This document shows, piece after piece, positions 26,591 through 40,334 of a stretch of DNA of 64,000 nucleotides; positions within the stretch are counted from its first letter, which is position 1, and each line of letters starts with the position of its first letter. The position numbers and the translations under genes are program-made. The stretch is from Octopus sinensis (lineage: Eukaryota), in NCBI RefSeq assembly GCF_006345805.1, contig NC_043001.1, positions 7,874,001 to 7,938,000 on the forward strand. The letters are read 5' to 3'. Below the pieces are notes generated by a model. The model had not been told where the DNA came from, searched no databases, and saw nothing but the letters and a program-made list of their open reading frames with translations.

Positions 26591-27835
26591 ATTTCTGAAG
26601 CATTAACATTTGATATCAATAAAATCAACAAACCAAATAACTACGAATGTTAACAATACTTCTTCTCATGGATTCGTTGTTTCTGTCTCTTGTTTGAATA
26701 AGAAATCCTATACATTAGTATGTTATTGAATATGTGCGCACTCATCTGCAAATTTGTCGGTGATTTGATGTGAATATATGCGAATAATTGCTATATTTGT
26801 GCAGAATATAATAGTGGAGTAAGCCGTCAAATTTTCTTTAAGAGAAGCACCACTCTATAATTGTCTAAATAATTGTCGGGAAGTATTTGTGACAATTAAA
26901 GTATATTAGTTTCACTTCTATACACGCATACATACAAATCCACACACGCACGCACATCTATGCATTTACTGTACATACATACGTACATACATATATCCAT
27001 AAACATTGTATATGTGTGTGTGTATGTATATATTTTAGTATGTACGTGTATGTATGTGAGTGTGTGGTGTGTGTATGTGTGTGTGTGTGATGTGTAGAGA
27101 TTGCTGCCTTGTTGTAGAATACGCATTCTTCTTTTAACTATTCACGTTTCTAAACTAACGAACATGCTTGTGCAATTTGCTAATAATCATTACCTGCAAA
27201 TATGTTACCTCTGTGATGGGGTTTTGATCAGCGCTATAACAGCATTTTCATGCATTACGTGCTTTCTTCAGACACCCGGTAAACATACACTCTTTCTTTT
27301 CATTCGGGCACATGTTTTGACTTGCCTTTCTAGGGTGTGCATCCGTAGATATGCCTTGATCATTATGGCCGTTCTTGAAAAACTAATCCAGTTTTGATGA
27401 AAAATGCGCTTACAGGTGAAACAAGAATCCTCACTGAAATTCGCTCGGCACTTGTTACCGCCTTTGAATTGCCCGTATTATTTTGTATGCTTTTCTATTC
27501 AACTGTTTCATAAAATTACGTTTCCCCGCCTTTTTTTACCTTATTCAGAAGTCTGAGTTTTTCCTTTGTCACATATAATATCTCTTCTAGAGTTTATGCT
27601 GCAGGCGTCTATTAATTGTTCGTTTGCAATAATATGACAGAATATGAATCCTTATTTCAAGCTTTCTAACTTGATGACTCAATTTGATTCAAAATAACGT
27701 ATCAGTAGTGTGAAATGGAGAGAATACAGGATGAAAGAAATTGCATTTCGTTAGCAATTTTAAATATCAATTAGTTTCTATAAGACGATAAAATGAGATC
27801 AGTGATGAACTTTATCAAACTCTGGGTAAGTACAA

Positions 27836-28009
27836 AAATTCACAATAGAATGTCTTCGTGTCGTATCTGCCTCGATATCTATTGAATATTTGGAAGGGTT
27901 AGAAATCTGTTCTTGCGCACAGAAATTCACAATAGAATGTCTTGGTGTCGTATCTGCCTCGATATCTATTGAATATTTGGAAGGGTTAGAAATCTGTTCT
28001 TGCCCACAG
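27836..28009. repeat. 87-bp tandem duplication (2 copies)
   Basis: 'aaattcacaatagaatgtctt...gttcttgc(g/c)cacag' at 27836 and 27923; 2 mismatches. Confidence 0.95.
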
Positions 28010-28149
28010 ATTGAAAGCTGGAGCGAAATATAAATGAAAATGTAGCAGTTAATTTGTATTATTTTTTCAAAATGCTATCATCTTACTATAATCATCAGCA
28101 GGAAGTATTAAATTGACGATCCATCGCTTACGAGGGCAACATTTCCAAT

Positions 28150-28270
28150 TTAACCGATCAACGGAACAGCCTGATCGGGAAACTTACATGCTGGTGGCTG
28201 TGCACTCTACTGACGTGCGTACATTTAACGCTTTTCTCAGGGGGTTTCAGCTTGACTCGATAATGAGCTC
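28150..28270 (+). repeat. Interspersed repeat, homologous to 26455-26590
   Basis: See the 26455-26590 entry. Confidence 0.6.
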
Positions 28271-29564
28271 AATACTCTTATAATTAAACTAAGTGTTTTC
28301 ACCGGAAATAAATAGTAGGTTATTATATTTGCAGTATATAAGGAATAAATTCATAAATTTTGATTGCATGCTCCAAATATTAAAATTGTGCAACACGTCT
28401 CGCTGTCGACGAACATGATAAATATTTTTTCTATATATCATTACAAATCAAAGCGCCAGCGTCGATAAAACGATGCAGAGGAGACGGTGTATTACACCAT
28501 TAATAATTTAAACACATTTGCTCTTACCTCTGTAGTATCTGTGATACAAAAATTACTTATATTGCAGCATTAAAAATGTTGGCACAGAGATACAGATTTA
28601 ATCTCCTTTAATTTTTCTTTTATTTTTTGTTACAAAACTGCAACTTCAATCAATGCTGTACATTATATATAAAACTTTGGCATGCTAAATCAGGTTACTT
28701 ACAATAGATACGTGGTTGAACCTTGGTTTATAAATCCTTGATGATTTAAAGAAGAACCATTACATATTGAATCATATTTCTAGCACAGCGACTCTACATC
28801 GGCCCTTGATTTCGGCTTTAGCACTTTTATAAGAAAATCATTATTATTTCGCACACAAGACACTGGATGTCTCTCATGTACTGCAACTTTTAACCGATAT
28901 CAGCAGATGCACAGTTCTTTTTTTTTCATTATAGTAATCAGCTTACTATATAAAAATGTATATTTTGCTAAATTAAGTACCGGATAATTATGATAGGTCA
29001 TAACTTTATTGATTATGATAGCCCTATACGCTTGTGATAAGTACACCAGATTGATTATTTACAATATTGTGAATAGGAACAACGTTAGTAAACATGAATA
29101 CTGTTGTATGAAAAGGTATTGCGGGTGAGTAACTTAAATATCTTGCCAAGTAAATAATGCAGAACACCTTCAATATCTCTGCGTTCTTACCGACAACTGA
29201 GAAATGATTATATTCGTAACATTTGTACTTTGCTTATTATACAGAAATATTTATAAACGAAGGTAATGGCGCCAAGAATTATGGCTGAACGTTATTGGGA
29301 CTCCAGGCGGATAATAAACAACGCAAATTTAAACGTACGCTTGGCTTTATGCAGCATTTCTAAAATTAGATATAAAAACTGCAGAGATATTTATATTCTT
29401 ATCAATGAATTATGAGTGCATTATGTGCTTATCGTTTGTCAATCATTTCATATAATATTATTAATATTATTAGATATGTACTTGCCATTATTTGATAGTT
29501 TGTCAATTTTCAATCATGTGTATGCGTTCATGACGATTCCATCTCTATATTCTCCGCATATGAT

Positions 29565-29725
29565 ATTGCATTGTGTCTGTGTTTGTCCCCACAACGTCGC
29601 GATATAATAAGTACTAGGCTTACAGAGTATAAGTCCTGAGGTCGATTTGCTCAACTAAATGCGATGCTCCAGCATGGCCGCAGTGAAATAGTCAAATAAC
29701 TGAAACAAGTAGAAGAAAGAATATA
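29565..29725 (+). mobile_element. SINE family A 3' half with internal deletion
   Basis: 'gtgtttgtcccc...aataagtactaggcttacag...ccagcatggccgcag...gtcaaataactgaaacaagtag'. Confidence 0.75.
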
Positions 29726-29791
29726 TATATATAAATGATATATACTTACACACACACACACACACACACACACACGAACACACACACACAC

Positions 29792-29838
<47 letters not shown>

Positions 29839-29841
<3 letters not shown>

Positions 29842-30176
29842 AGATATACCAGATAAGCCACCCATAATTGGATAAAACTCATTACCTGAATGGACCATAA
29901 ACAAAACTTGACTTAAACAGGATTCAGATCATCCTATCAGGTGGTGCTATTAAGTTAGACATGGCCTGGACCAATCTTTGGTCGAAACATATCTAAGTTT
30001 ATCTAAGTTTATGTATATATATATATATATATATGAATATGTATATATCTATCCAGCTATCTTTCTATCTATCTATCTATCTATATATCTATCTATCTAT
30101 CTATCTATCTATATCTCTCTCTCTCTCTCTATATATATATATACATACATATATTTATATATATATATATATATAT

Positions 30177-30231
<55 letters not shown>

Positions 30232-30611
30232 AGATATACCAGATAAGCCACCCATAATTGGATAAAACTCATTACCTGAATGGACCATAAACAAAACTTG
30301 ACTTAAACAGGATTCAGATCATCCTATCAGGTGGTGCTATTAAGTTAGACATGGCCTGGACCAATCTTTGGTCGAAACATATCTAAGTTTATCTAAGTTT
30401 ATGTATATATATATATATATATATATGAATATGTATATATCTATCCAGCTATCTTTCTATCTATCTATCTATCTATATATCTATCTATCTATCTATCTAT
30501 CTATATCTCTCTCTCTCTCTCTATATATATATATACATACATATATTTATATATATATATATAATATATATATATATATATTATATATATATATATATTA
30601 TATATATATAT

Positions 30612-30680
<69 letters not shown>

Positions 30681-30705
30681 ATATATATATAATATATATA
30701 TATAT
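29839..30705. repeat. 390-bp tandem duplication of a Penelope-terminal-repeat-like segment plus microsatellite
   Basis: The unique core 'accagatataccagataagcc...gtcgaaacatatctaagtttatctaagttt' starts at 29839 and 30229 and appears identical apart from microsatellite lengths. Confidence 0.95.
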
Positions 30706-33189
30706 ATCATGCTACTTTAACTGCATTTTCTTACCAATCAGAGTTACATTCATTTCGAAACAAGTTTGCAATGTCATTGCATCATATGTCTTATAGATGT
30801 ATTTATGTTCATTAACTTCTACGAATGTAATGCAGATGCAGCATTTCCGTATCATGACTCGAAATCTTCCCAGTTTTACTTCTATAAAATTCACACACAC
30901 ACACACACGTTTCGTGCATCTCAATCACAGTAATAGAGAACAAAAATAGAAAAATATTATATCGTGAAAACAAATGTAATAAAATTTCCTTTAAAATTTT
31001 GTCAACGAAACCTATGAAATCGTGGAATTTTTGTAAATAGTGTATACGTAACTTGACTACATCTGCAGATAGTGTACACGATGAAGAATGCACATCTTTG
31101 ATATTATCATACAACATTGAAATAATCCGTTCGACACGACAATGTAGCGTTTAATAGCGTACATGTGAAAATTCTGAAATTTCTTATATAGTCACCAGTT
31201 AGAAGAAAATTGATGCATGTAATTATATAACAAGGAATGACAACGTTCAATTATTTGCAGATGCAATTTTACACTCGAACACAACATTAAAAGAAGACGC
31301 TTCTTATATCATAGAGATAATATCATTCCTCCATTTCGGTATAATTCAGTTGTATTTAAATTCAAAAGAATGTTTCGTTGTTTTTCAACATTTTCCCTAA
31401 TCTTCTCTTTATTTCCTGTTTTGTTTTTCATTAAAGAAAATACTGCAATTAGAACGCTTAATTCTCAAAGAACTTTCACTAAAAAAGGATTCTTAGTCGA
31501 CATTTAAGGAGTTTTAATTTATTCCTGTGTATTCTTTCTCGATTGTATTCATTCTATTATTGTTTTCTTGTTTTCTGATTTCTCTTTGTTTTATACTTCC
31601 TTTATTTGTTGTTGCATGATTCAAAGAGGAATTTGTCGCGCTATTTTATTTTTGATCTTCCAAAAACTAAAATAATTGCTACTATGATCATGCTATCCGT
31701 ACTCAACCTTTGAGAGATTTTTCCTTTCATCAAATAACTAGAAAAACCACGCAATAAACTAAAAGTAATAGCATTGTGTTTATGTGCATTTCTGTAAAAC
31801 GGAATGGTCTTTATTCTTGCAATTAATATCAAACGAAAACAAAGTTACTGAGGATCTGAAAACGAAACTAAACAAAAAACTTCTTTATCATTGCGTGAGC
31901 GAAACATTATTTTGCAAAACAATACATAAAACTCTACAAACACAAAACAAAACACATACACTCAATTACACATCCTACGGATTAAATTTGATATTATTTC
32001 AGAACGAAATATCAAATGTACTGGCAGAGATTGATTATGACCAACAAACAGCATCCCTAGTGTAGCTTAATTCCGTTGTTGTAGATTGACTTCTCAAATG
32101 ATAATTGACTGATCGAGTCATCCTTCGTTCAAATTAATGAGGGTGCTTTAATTTATTCCTCAGCACAATGAATCATACAACGCCTGATAAATAAGAACAG
32201 AAATTCGCATGGAATGGATAATAAAAAGTTTCCATTTGAAGGAGCTTAAGAGAAAATAATGTTAGCTCTATAATCATGGTATGGAATGTCTGCTATATTA
32301 TGCAGATAGAATAATATTCGTGCTGTATTACATTACAGAACTACATTTCAAATGCAGTAGAAGCGGCTGAACCATAATTATTCGAAATATTAATTGGGAA
32401 AACTAATAAGTCACTCGGTAAAGGATTATTCAACTGTTTGATTGGTTCTTCGAATAGTTGGTAATTTTAACTCGTATGAATATCTCGAATGATTTTGTTT
32501 CATGAGAATTTACGCCGATATATGTGTCTTTGCAATTTAAATGTTGCAATGCAGTGACTATAGCAGCGAATTGTTTTATATTTAATATAGCCAACAGACA
32601 TATAATAGACACCTAGATCAAAACAGCAGTATAACTAGGATTAAAATTGAAAATCCATGCTTCCAGATGTATTACACTGAATGCGATGAGTCAGACCGTT
32701 ATAGAAACTTTTGTTTAAATAATCTATTAACAAGTTGGAAAAGCTTCGATGTTTCCTGACTTTATATAAATAATAAAACAAACTTTAACTCGAACATTTC
32801 GAGATTGCCAATATTTCTTACATCAGCAAACTATCAAATACTTTCATACAGCTCTTGAACAAAAAGAATAAAATTCTGAAAATATTTTGAGTATTAATTT
32901 CAACTTTGCATACATTATTTCAATCCTGTGACTCAGTAATAACACATTTATCGTCATTGAGCATCAGGATTGAGATAGCTATATGTGCTTTTCAAAATAT
33001 GTATTCCTATGTATTTTAATAATGCTATAGTTTTCTACACCGCTATAAAGTATGACAATGGAAAATATAATTATTTAGAATATGAATTTGATAATTATTG
33101 CAGATGCACTAAACCTAGGTAATAGTGGTAAATTGCAATCTTTCAAAAAAATACCTTTGCAAGAATTGGAAAGTAACTACTTCCGTTAT

Positions 33190-33850
33190 GTTAATTAGTT
33201 AGGTGCTAAGTGGCATATAAGGTCACAACACTATCTCTGCAACCATGTCTACTTTCTGCTACATTCCTGGTCTCATTGCAGCTTCTTTGTTCTTCTTGTC
33301 TTCTATATTCGTTAATGTTCCATCGCCATGTGGTTTTAGAGTGCTCCGTTTCTTTCCCCCCACTTTAGTGCCATCATAGAATGGATTCTTAAATTTGGTT
33401 TCACGACATGTCGGATCCAGTTCCACCGACTGTGTTTTAATTCGATACTGATCTTGTTCATACATGTTGTCGACTTAATTGTGTCATTTCGGACTCTTTG
33501 CAGCCACTTGATGTCGAGTATTCTCTTTAAGCATGTGCAATTGACGCTGTCCAATGAGCCGTCTTCATTTTTGTCACTTTCCAGTTTTCACACGCGTAAT
33601 CAAATCTAGCTGTACCAATGTCTTAAACAACTTCAGTTTGCTTCTCCATACCTTTGTTACAGAGCTGAATGCTCGCTGGCTTTTTGATATTCTGTTCTTT
33701 ACATACTCAGATCTCCCCCCACCTTCTTCCTCGGATGTTGGCTGCAGATACACAAATACTTCAACGACTAATCGTGTCATCTTTGATTCTCACACAAGCT
33801 TGTTGTGTTACATTAATCTTAAGTTTAAGGCCAATCAATTTGTGACTGTG
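33190..33850 (-). mobile_element. RTE-clade LINE, 5'-truncated, RT C-terminus pseudogene
   Basis: 'VEVFVYL...GGGRSEYVKNRISKSQRAFSSVTKVWRS' and 'CLKRILDIKWLQRVRND...RWNWIRHV...ALKW' match RTE 'F.YLGS...GG...DVK.RI.KA..AF..L..IW' and 'CLRRIL.I.W...RWRWIGH...AL.W'. Frameshifted. Confidence 0.85.
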
Positions 33851-34900
33851 TGTCTTGCTCTGGGTGTCTGTCAGTCTGTGTGTCTTGCAGTCGGTCTATT
33901 CGTATGTGGATGATAGTAACGCTCAATCGTCCAAAAAGTCAAGATTTACAAGCATACATTATGTTGCTATTATAATATTTTCTCAAAGAATAATTTATCA
34001 ATCCGTATTTCAGATAGATGGAATTTATGTAGAAACATTAAAAGATTTTCTCCCAATATATTACTCCCAAAAGTGTTAAAATATTAAATTGTAGTGAAAA
34101 TTTGCATAATGGATTTTCAGAATATATTATGTAAAACATAGAACATATACAATTTATATTAACATCACAATTTAAGATATATTTGAGAACAAGTTTTTCT
34201 GTTTTCTGAACTACAAATATATGAGTAAAATATAATGTTTTAATGTGATACATAACTGTTAGAAGAGATTTTTATAAATTTCAAAATAAAATATTATATC
34301 CATCTAATGGTGTATTGACTGTCGTGTTATTTTGAAGTGTAAATTTTGTAGTTTACAAATTTGCAATTCTTAAATATGCCTTTATAGAGAAATATTAACG
34401 TAAAATGTTGTTGCCTGATAATTAACTTGGATACAAATGTTTGAGAAAATATTTGAACAACTGAACAAGTAAGTATAGCATTTTAAGCGAGCAATTTAAA
34501 ACATTTTAAACTACATGTATCTTACCTAAGCTCAAAAATATTCAAAGCTATCTTAATTTTACTACGGTGCACATATATTATTTAAAGCTGTTATATTGAA
34601 ATATATAATTTAATTAAATATTGTTTTATATTTTTGCTATTAAAACCATAGTTTGGATATGAAATATATACACATATAATATATATATATATATATGTAT
34701 TCTAAAAATGCTTATATTTATGTAAAATGATGTAAAATATTTACAAATTAATAACTAAAATGCATATGCATATCTAGGTACCCGCGCACACAATCACATA
34801 TATTTGCATATAAGTACGTGTATATGTATATGTATGTGTGTGTATATCTGTGTGTAAAATGTATATGTGTATATTTGTGTGCGCGTAGAGCATATATAGT

Positions 34901-35320
34901 TGCAGGTATGTCTGTGTGGTAAGAAGCTTTCTTGCGGACCACATGGTTCCGGGTTCAGTTGCACAGCGTGCCAGATTGGGCGAGTGTCTTCTATTATAGC
35001 CTCGTGCCAACCAAAGCCTTGTCAGTGGATTTGATAGAGGGAAATGAGGAACCCGTCGTATATATATATATATGTGTGTGTTTGTGTGTGTGTGTGTGTG
35101 TGCATGCGTGTGCGTGTGTGTGTTTGTGTTTGCGTGTGTGTTTGTGGATGTGTGTCTGTGTTTGTCCCCCCATCACTTGACTTAGAGGTTCGGAAAAATA
35201 CATCGATATAATAAATACTAGGCCCACAACGATAAAGTCCTTGGTGTTGATTTATTCGTCTAAAGGCGGTTCCACAGCATGCCCTCTGTCAAATGACTGA
35301 AACAACGAAAGAAATAAAAT
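34901..35320 (+). mobile_element. SINE family A copy (diverged)
   Basis: Head 'gcaggtatgtctgtgtggtaagaagc...ggttccgggttcag', tail 'gtcaaatgactgaaacaa'. Confidence 0.85.
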
Positions 35321-35364
35321 AATATACATATATATATATATATAATATATATATATATATATAG

Positions 35365-35545
35365 TAAATCCCCCCACCAAACAAAAAAATGAAGAACAAA
35401 CACAAAAAATAGCGTGAGGACATGTAAAGTATTAGCACACAGTCAGGGAAGGAAAGAAAGATTGTTTAACGGTTCGAGGAAAGTCCAATAGAAAAGGAAG
35501 ACGGAGGAAAAACATCGCCAACGATTCATATGTGGCTTTATATAC
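35365..35545 (-). mobile_element. Penelope-like terminal-repeat fragment (decayed hammerhead)
   Basis: Homologous to 5285-5422 ('gtcagggaaggaaagaaagattgtttaacggttcgag'). Confidence 0.5.
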
Positions 35546-35557
35546 ATACTCTTTACT

Positions 35558-35950
35558 CTTTTACTCATTTACTTGTTTCAGTCATTTGACTGCGGCCATG
35601 CTGGAGCACCGCCTTTAGTCGAGCAAATCGACCCCGGGACTTATTCTTTGTAAGCCCAGTACTTATTCTATCGGTCTCTTTTGCCGAACCGCTAAGTGAC
35701 GGGGACTTAAACACACCAGCATCGGTTGTCAAGCAATGCTAGGGGGACAAACACAGACACACAAACACACACATATATATATATATACACATATATACGA
35801 CAGGCTTCTTTCAGTTTCCGTCTACCAAATCCACTCACAAGGCATTGGTCGGCCCGGGGCTATAGCAGAAGACACTTGCCCAAGATGCCACGCAGTGGGA
35901 CTGAACCCGGAACCATGTGGTTGGTTAGCAAGGTATTTACCACACAGCCA
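35558..35950 (-). mobile_element. SINE family A, young copy lacking its first ~10 nt
   Basis: Near-consensus; tail hairpin cagtc-aaat-gactg is intact. Confidence 0.9.
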
Positions 35951-35951
35951 T

Positions 35952-36074
35952 AGTTAAGTTAAGTTAACTTAAGTTAACTTAAGTTAATTTTTTTGCTCAA
36001 AAAGCAAAAAGCAAGGCCATGTAGTGGGACATGTAGTTACGTACAGGGTGGTATTCATGCAAAGAGTTCCGGCC
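35952..36074 (-). mobile_element. Probable 3' end of a non-LTR retroelement with an (AAGTT/AACTT)n tail
   Basis: A ~90-bp unique segment followed on the minus strand by 'aaaaaaattaacttaagttaacttaagttaacttaacttaact'. The family assignment is inference. Confidence 0.4.
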
Positions 36075-36085
36075 ATATATATATA

Positions 36086-36129
<44 letters not shown>

Positions 36130-36290
36130 GAAATATACAGAAAAACGACAAAGACAGGTCTATGAACAAAAAGCTAGCGTGTTAGTTTGACGCTTGTGTA
36201 AGTGAGAAAGTTTTTTTAAGTTTGGAGTCTACACTCTTCAACAGAAAGGAATAAGAGGAAATAAACGGAGAGAGAATTTAAAAAAAAACT
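36130..36290 (-). mobile_element. Penelope-like terminal-repeat fragment with decayed hammerhead
   Basis: The minus strand reads UUU-CUGUUGA-A-GAGU-GUAG-ACUC-CAAAC-UUA-AAA: stem II is intact and the core is mutated. It abuts (TA)n. Confidence 0.5.
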
Positions 36291-36529
36291 TGTGAATGTT
36301 ATCAGTGGGATTTTTATATGTAATGAATAACTGGTATATCATCTTTATATTATTATTAGTATTAGCGCTAACGCTAATAAATGATAGATAAGAAAAGAAT
36401 AAACTGAAGTTCATTTATATTTAATGATGAACAAGGAAATGGAGATAAAATTTATACTTTATCAATTATCAATATTATCTCAATTTCCCTACTTTTCCTT
36501 ATATACAAACATACATACATACATACATA

Positions 36530-36606
<77 letters not shown>

Positions 36607-37269
36607 CTATGTATATATATATATATATGTATATATGTATACAATGTTTGTTATTATGGTATTAAGAATGATTTTATGATATATGCAAAAAAAAATGTTA
36701 TCAATATATTTGCCAGAGTACAAATATATAATACTTCAGAAAGAACAATATCAAACAGTTACTTCGAAGTCTCGGTTCCTTAGACATCAGCAGTTTTAGT
36801 TGTATGGGAATTCATCCCAGCTTTATACGTATCGATAGATACATTGGTTGATAGATACACGTATGTGCCAAATGAGGGAGTACATACAGATATAAATATA
36901 TTTATATATATAATATATATGCCCAACCACTGAGATATGCGGATATAAACACTTTAAAAGTGAGGGTTCATTAGCGGTGGAGGACGCACACATGTATCCA
37001 CATACATCTATACACATACACACACACGGGCATGCAAACACGCGCATGCACACACGCGCATGCACACACGGGCGAAGAAATTTGCTGAAAGTGCCACGAT
37101 GTGGTACTGAGCCCGGATACTTAATGTCTTACTTACATGCATACATACGCACACATGCATGCATACATACGTACATACATACTTGCATACTTACAAACAT
37201 ACATACATACATAAACATATATACATATATACATAAGCGTTTTGCCCAAAATATAATCAGGGTATTAAC

Positions 37270-37760
37270 AACCGATAAGACGTGAAGTAGTATCTAAGCC
37301 TAGCTAAGGCACTGCACAATGGGGTCCGTCAGAGGGAAAAACCTGAGGCGAAGAAATGAGAACTCACAGTATGGTAGAAGCCAAAGTCAGTCCTTATAAG
37401 AATGAGTACTGGTGGAAAGTGCCAGTGGAAACCTGAAACATAATGTAACCATAATAGACCTGACATAATGGTTTGCGAGAGAGAAGCGAATTTGTGTGCA
37501 GTTGTGGAAAACGGCTGCCCAGCGGATGTTGACCTAAAGATCAGCTGAAATATTGAGCAATATACAGTTACAATGGCCAGATTACAAGTTCAGGTTTATA
37601 CCCGTTTTTATTGGACAGGTAACACAGTCCGTAAATACTCATCTTCATAAATTAGTCTCCTGAAAATCAGAAAGGAGAAAGCTGATTCGAAGACTACAAA
37701 TCCTACACACCACAGAAACTGTAATAATCTGTAAAACTTTCCAGAAAATTTATCAGTAGA
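37270..37760 (+). mobile_element. R2/R4-group (restriction-like endonuclease) LINE 3' fragment
   Basis: Frameshifted peptides 'LAKALHNGVRQRE', 'EYWWKVPVET', 'CNHNRPDIMVCEREANLCAVVENGCPADV' (PD-(D/E)xK motif), 'WPDYKFRFIPVFIG' and 'ETVIICKTF'. Confidence 0.7.
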
Positions 37761-39884
37761 GTATATATGAGTATGTCTAGGCATACAGCTATATGCTTGA
37801 GAATACATACATAAAACAAAACATACAAATCTATGCATATATTACGTATGAAAGAATACCCTGTTGATTTTGTTGAAATTCTAATGAATTCGATTTCGAT
37901 CTAGATTAGAAACAGGTTATTTCACTATTGGAAAGAAATCTCGAAATATGACTCAATAATGATATACATACATTCACATACACTTTTATTCATATACTCA
38001 TATATATATATATATATATATATATACATGCATATATATGCATACATATATATATGTATATATATATTCATTCATTTTTATATATTCATATTTATATAAA
38101 TGAATGTTTTTATTTTACGTGTATTGATATATATCTCAGTGTTTCTCACTTTTGCTACCTCTCATTCAGTATATCTCTCTATCCATCTTTCTATGTCACT
38201 CTATATAATTGTGTTTTTGTATTTTTGCGTGCGTTCTTTGAGAAAAAGAGATTGATATATTAACAGGGAGCGATTGAAACACAAAGAAGTCGTTGAAACT
38301 TATAATAACGGAATGTACAAATGCAAAATTATATAGATTTTTAAATAATTGCACTCCATGCATATTGTTATACACACACACACACACACACACACAAAAA
38401 GAAAATTATTCTTATTTCTCTATATTATGAGATATCAACGCAAATTTATTCCGCTGAGATTAACCTGTCATCTAAATAATGAGCATCTGCATTGAATCCA
38501 TAAAGGACACTTATTGTCATATTATATTGTGTCTTATTAAAATAATTTATTCACACGCATTGTTTGGATGATTACAACACGCTCGTTTAGTTCACATTTA
38601 AATAAAGAATTTCTTCTTCTCATTATGCAGATTATTTCATAATAACGTTAAGATATATTAACATGATTACCATAACTCGTACATGAAACTGCGCACCTGT
38701 TGTAAGTGATGTTGAATATTTATTTATGCCAATGTGTACACATTTAAAAACCATTATCCATCTATAACAATAAATCAAATAATCTAAGCACATGAACAAG
38801 TGAATTAACATTTCATATGATTTGCAGCAATATATATAGTCGTATGTTCATATCCAGAAGCAGTCAGTGTCTATGGTTTTGGCATTTATCCCCGGAAGGT
38901 TCATCTTGGCGCTGTTGGTGTTTCGTTGGAACTGTAGGGCGGGGGGACTAAATATTAAGTAAAATCACATAGATTATATGAGATGGTTAATAGAGGGTTG
39001 TTAGTTTGTATCTACTAGATTTGAAGCAGAAGAGAAGAAGCAATATTAGGTGGATACATCTGGGTTTAGTATCCTTTTATTTAGGGTTTAAAAAGAGGCT
39101 TAAAAACATTTTCGTGCCCATTATGCGGAATACTGTCTTTTGGAATAACAACTTTCATTATACAACAAGAGTATTTCTTCACGGGTTCCTTCTTGAGCTT
39201 AACACATGTTCAGGGCAGTAAACTCCTGGCACAGATACTGAAATAAATTTGCATTTGTTACGTATTTTAATATGATATACTTTAATGTGATATCATATCA
39301 AAATGATATCACTTGCATGATTAAATATGTCATGTGCCCTAGCTTAAGTATTCATATTTCGGGATTGAATTGTATGATGTATGTGTGAAATAGAATATAT
39401 AGAGATAAAAGTTTTATATTGTGGTGTCTTTTAATAAAGAAATAACATCATTACCGAAGAAAGAGCGGGTTTACAATTTTCTGACCTTCAAACAATTCTG
39501 GCGTTTTGGAGGAGCGTCCAAGATCCAACTGTGATTTTGTTCTTTGTATGTTGTCCTTTCTATGCAAGTTTAATGAGTGATGCAGGATATAGATATAAGC
39601 ATAGAAGTAAAAGTTGAATGTCCTGACAAAATACGGAACGATGTGCTTAGCGCCTAAGCAACAATGGTAAAGAGAGGAAGTGCCTGTAAGAGGAGTCCAT
39701 TTATATACAATAAAGTAGATATCCCCCAGTAAACTGATTCTCTCACTGGTAATATAAATTAGAGTATCGGAAGAAATTCACAAATAATGAAAATACCGAT
39801 ATTGGAACAGATATTATATAACTTCACATAAGCACACACAATCACGCGCATATGAGTGAGTATAAACCTAAAAATATATTACAC

Positions 39885-40097
39885 TTTTTCTCTTTTACTT
39901 GTTTCTGTCATTTCACTGCGGCCATGCTGGAGCACCGCCTTTAGTCGAGAAAATCGACCCCGGGACTTATTCTTTGTAAGCCCAGTACTTATTCTATCGG
40001 TCTCTTTTGCCGAACCGCTAAGTGACTGGGACTTAAACACACCAGCATCGGTTGTCAAGCAAGGCTAGGGGGGACAAACACAGACACACAAACACAC

Positions 40098-40166
<69 letters not shown>

Positions 40167-40330
40167 ATATATATATATATATACATATATACGACAGGCT
40201 TCTTTCAGTTTCCGTCTACCAAATCTACTCACAAAGCATTGGTCAGCCCGGGGCTATAGCAGAAGACACTTGCCCAAGATGCCACGCAGTGGGACTCAAT
40301 CCGCAAACATGTGGTTGGTTAGCAAGCTAC
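39885..40330 (-). mobile_element. SINE family A, head truncated within the A-box region
   Basis: Very similar to 35558-35950, with a long internal (TA)n. Joined directly to the 3' side of the ORF1 element. Confidence 0.9.
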
Positions 40331-40334
40331 TTTA

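Noticed and set aside
27836-30705. CRISPR-like array interpretation of the tandem repeats
   Set aside because: Two-copy tandems without unique spacers, in a eukaryotic context with no cas genes.
38830-38940. Minus-strand acceptor 'cccgccctacag' with a possible exon
   Set aside because: All three frames stop within ~30 codons; no donor or homology.
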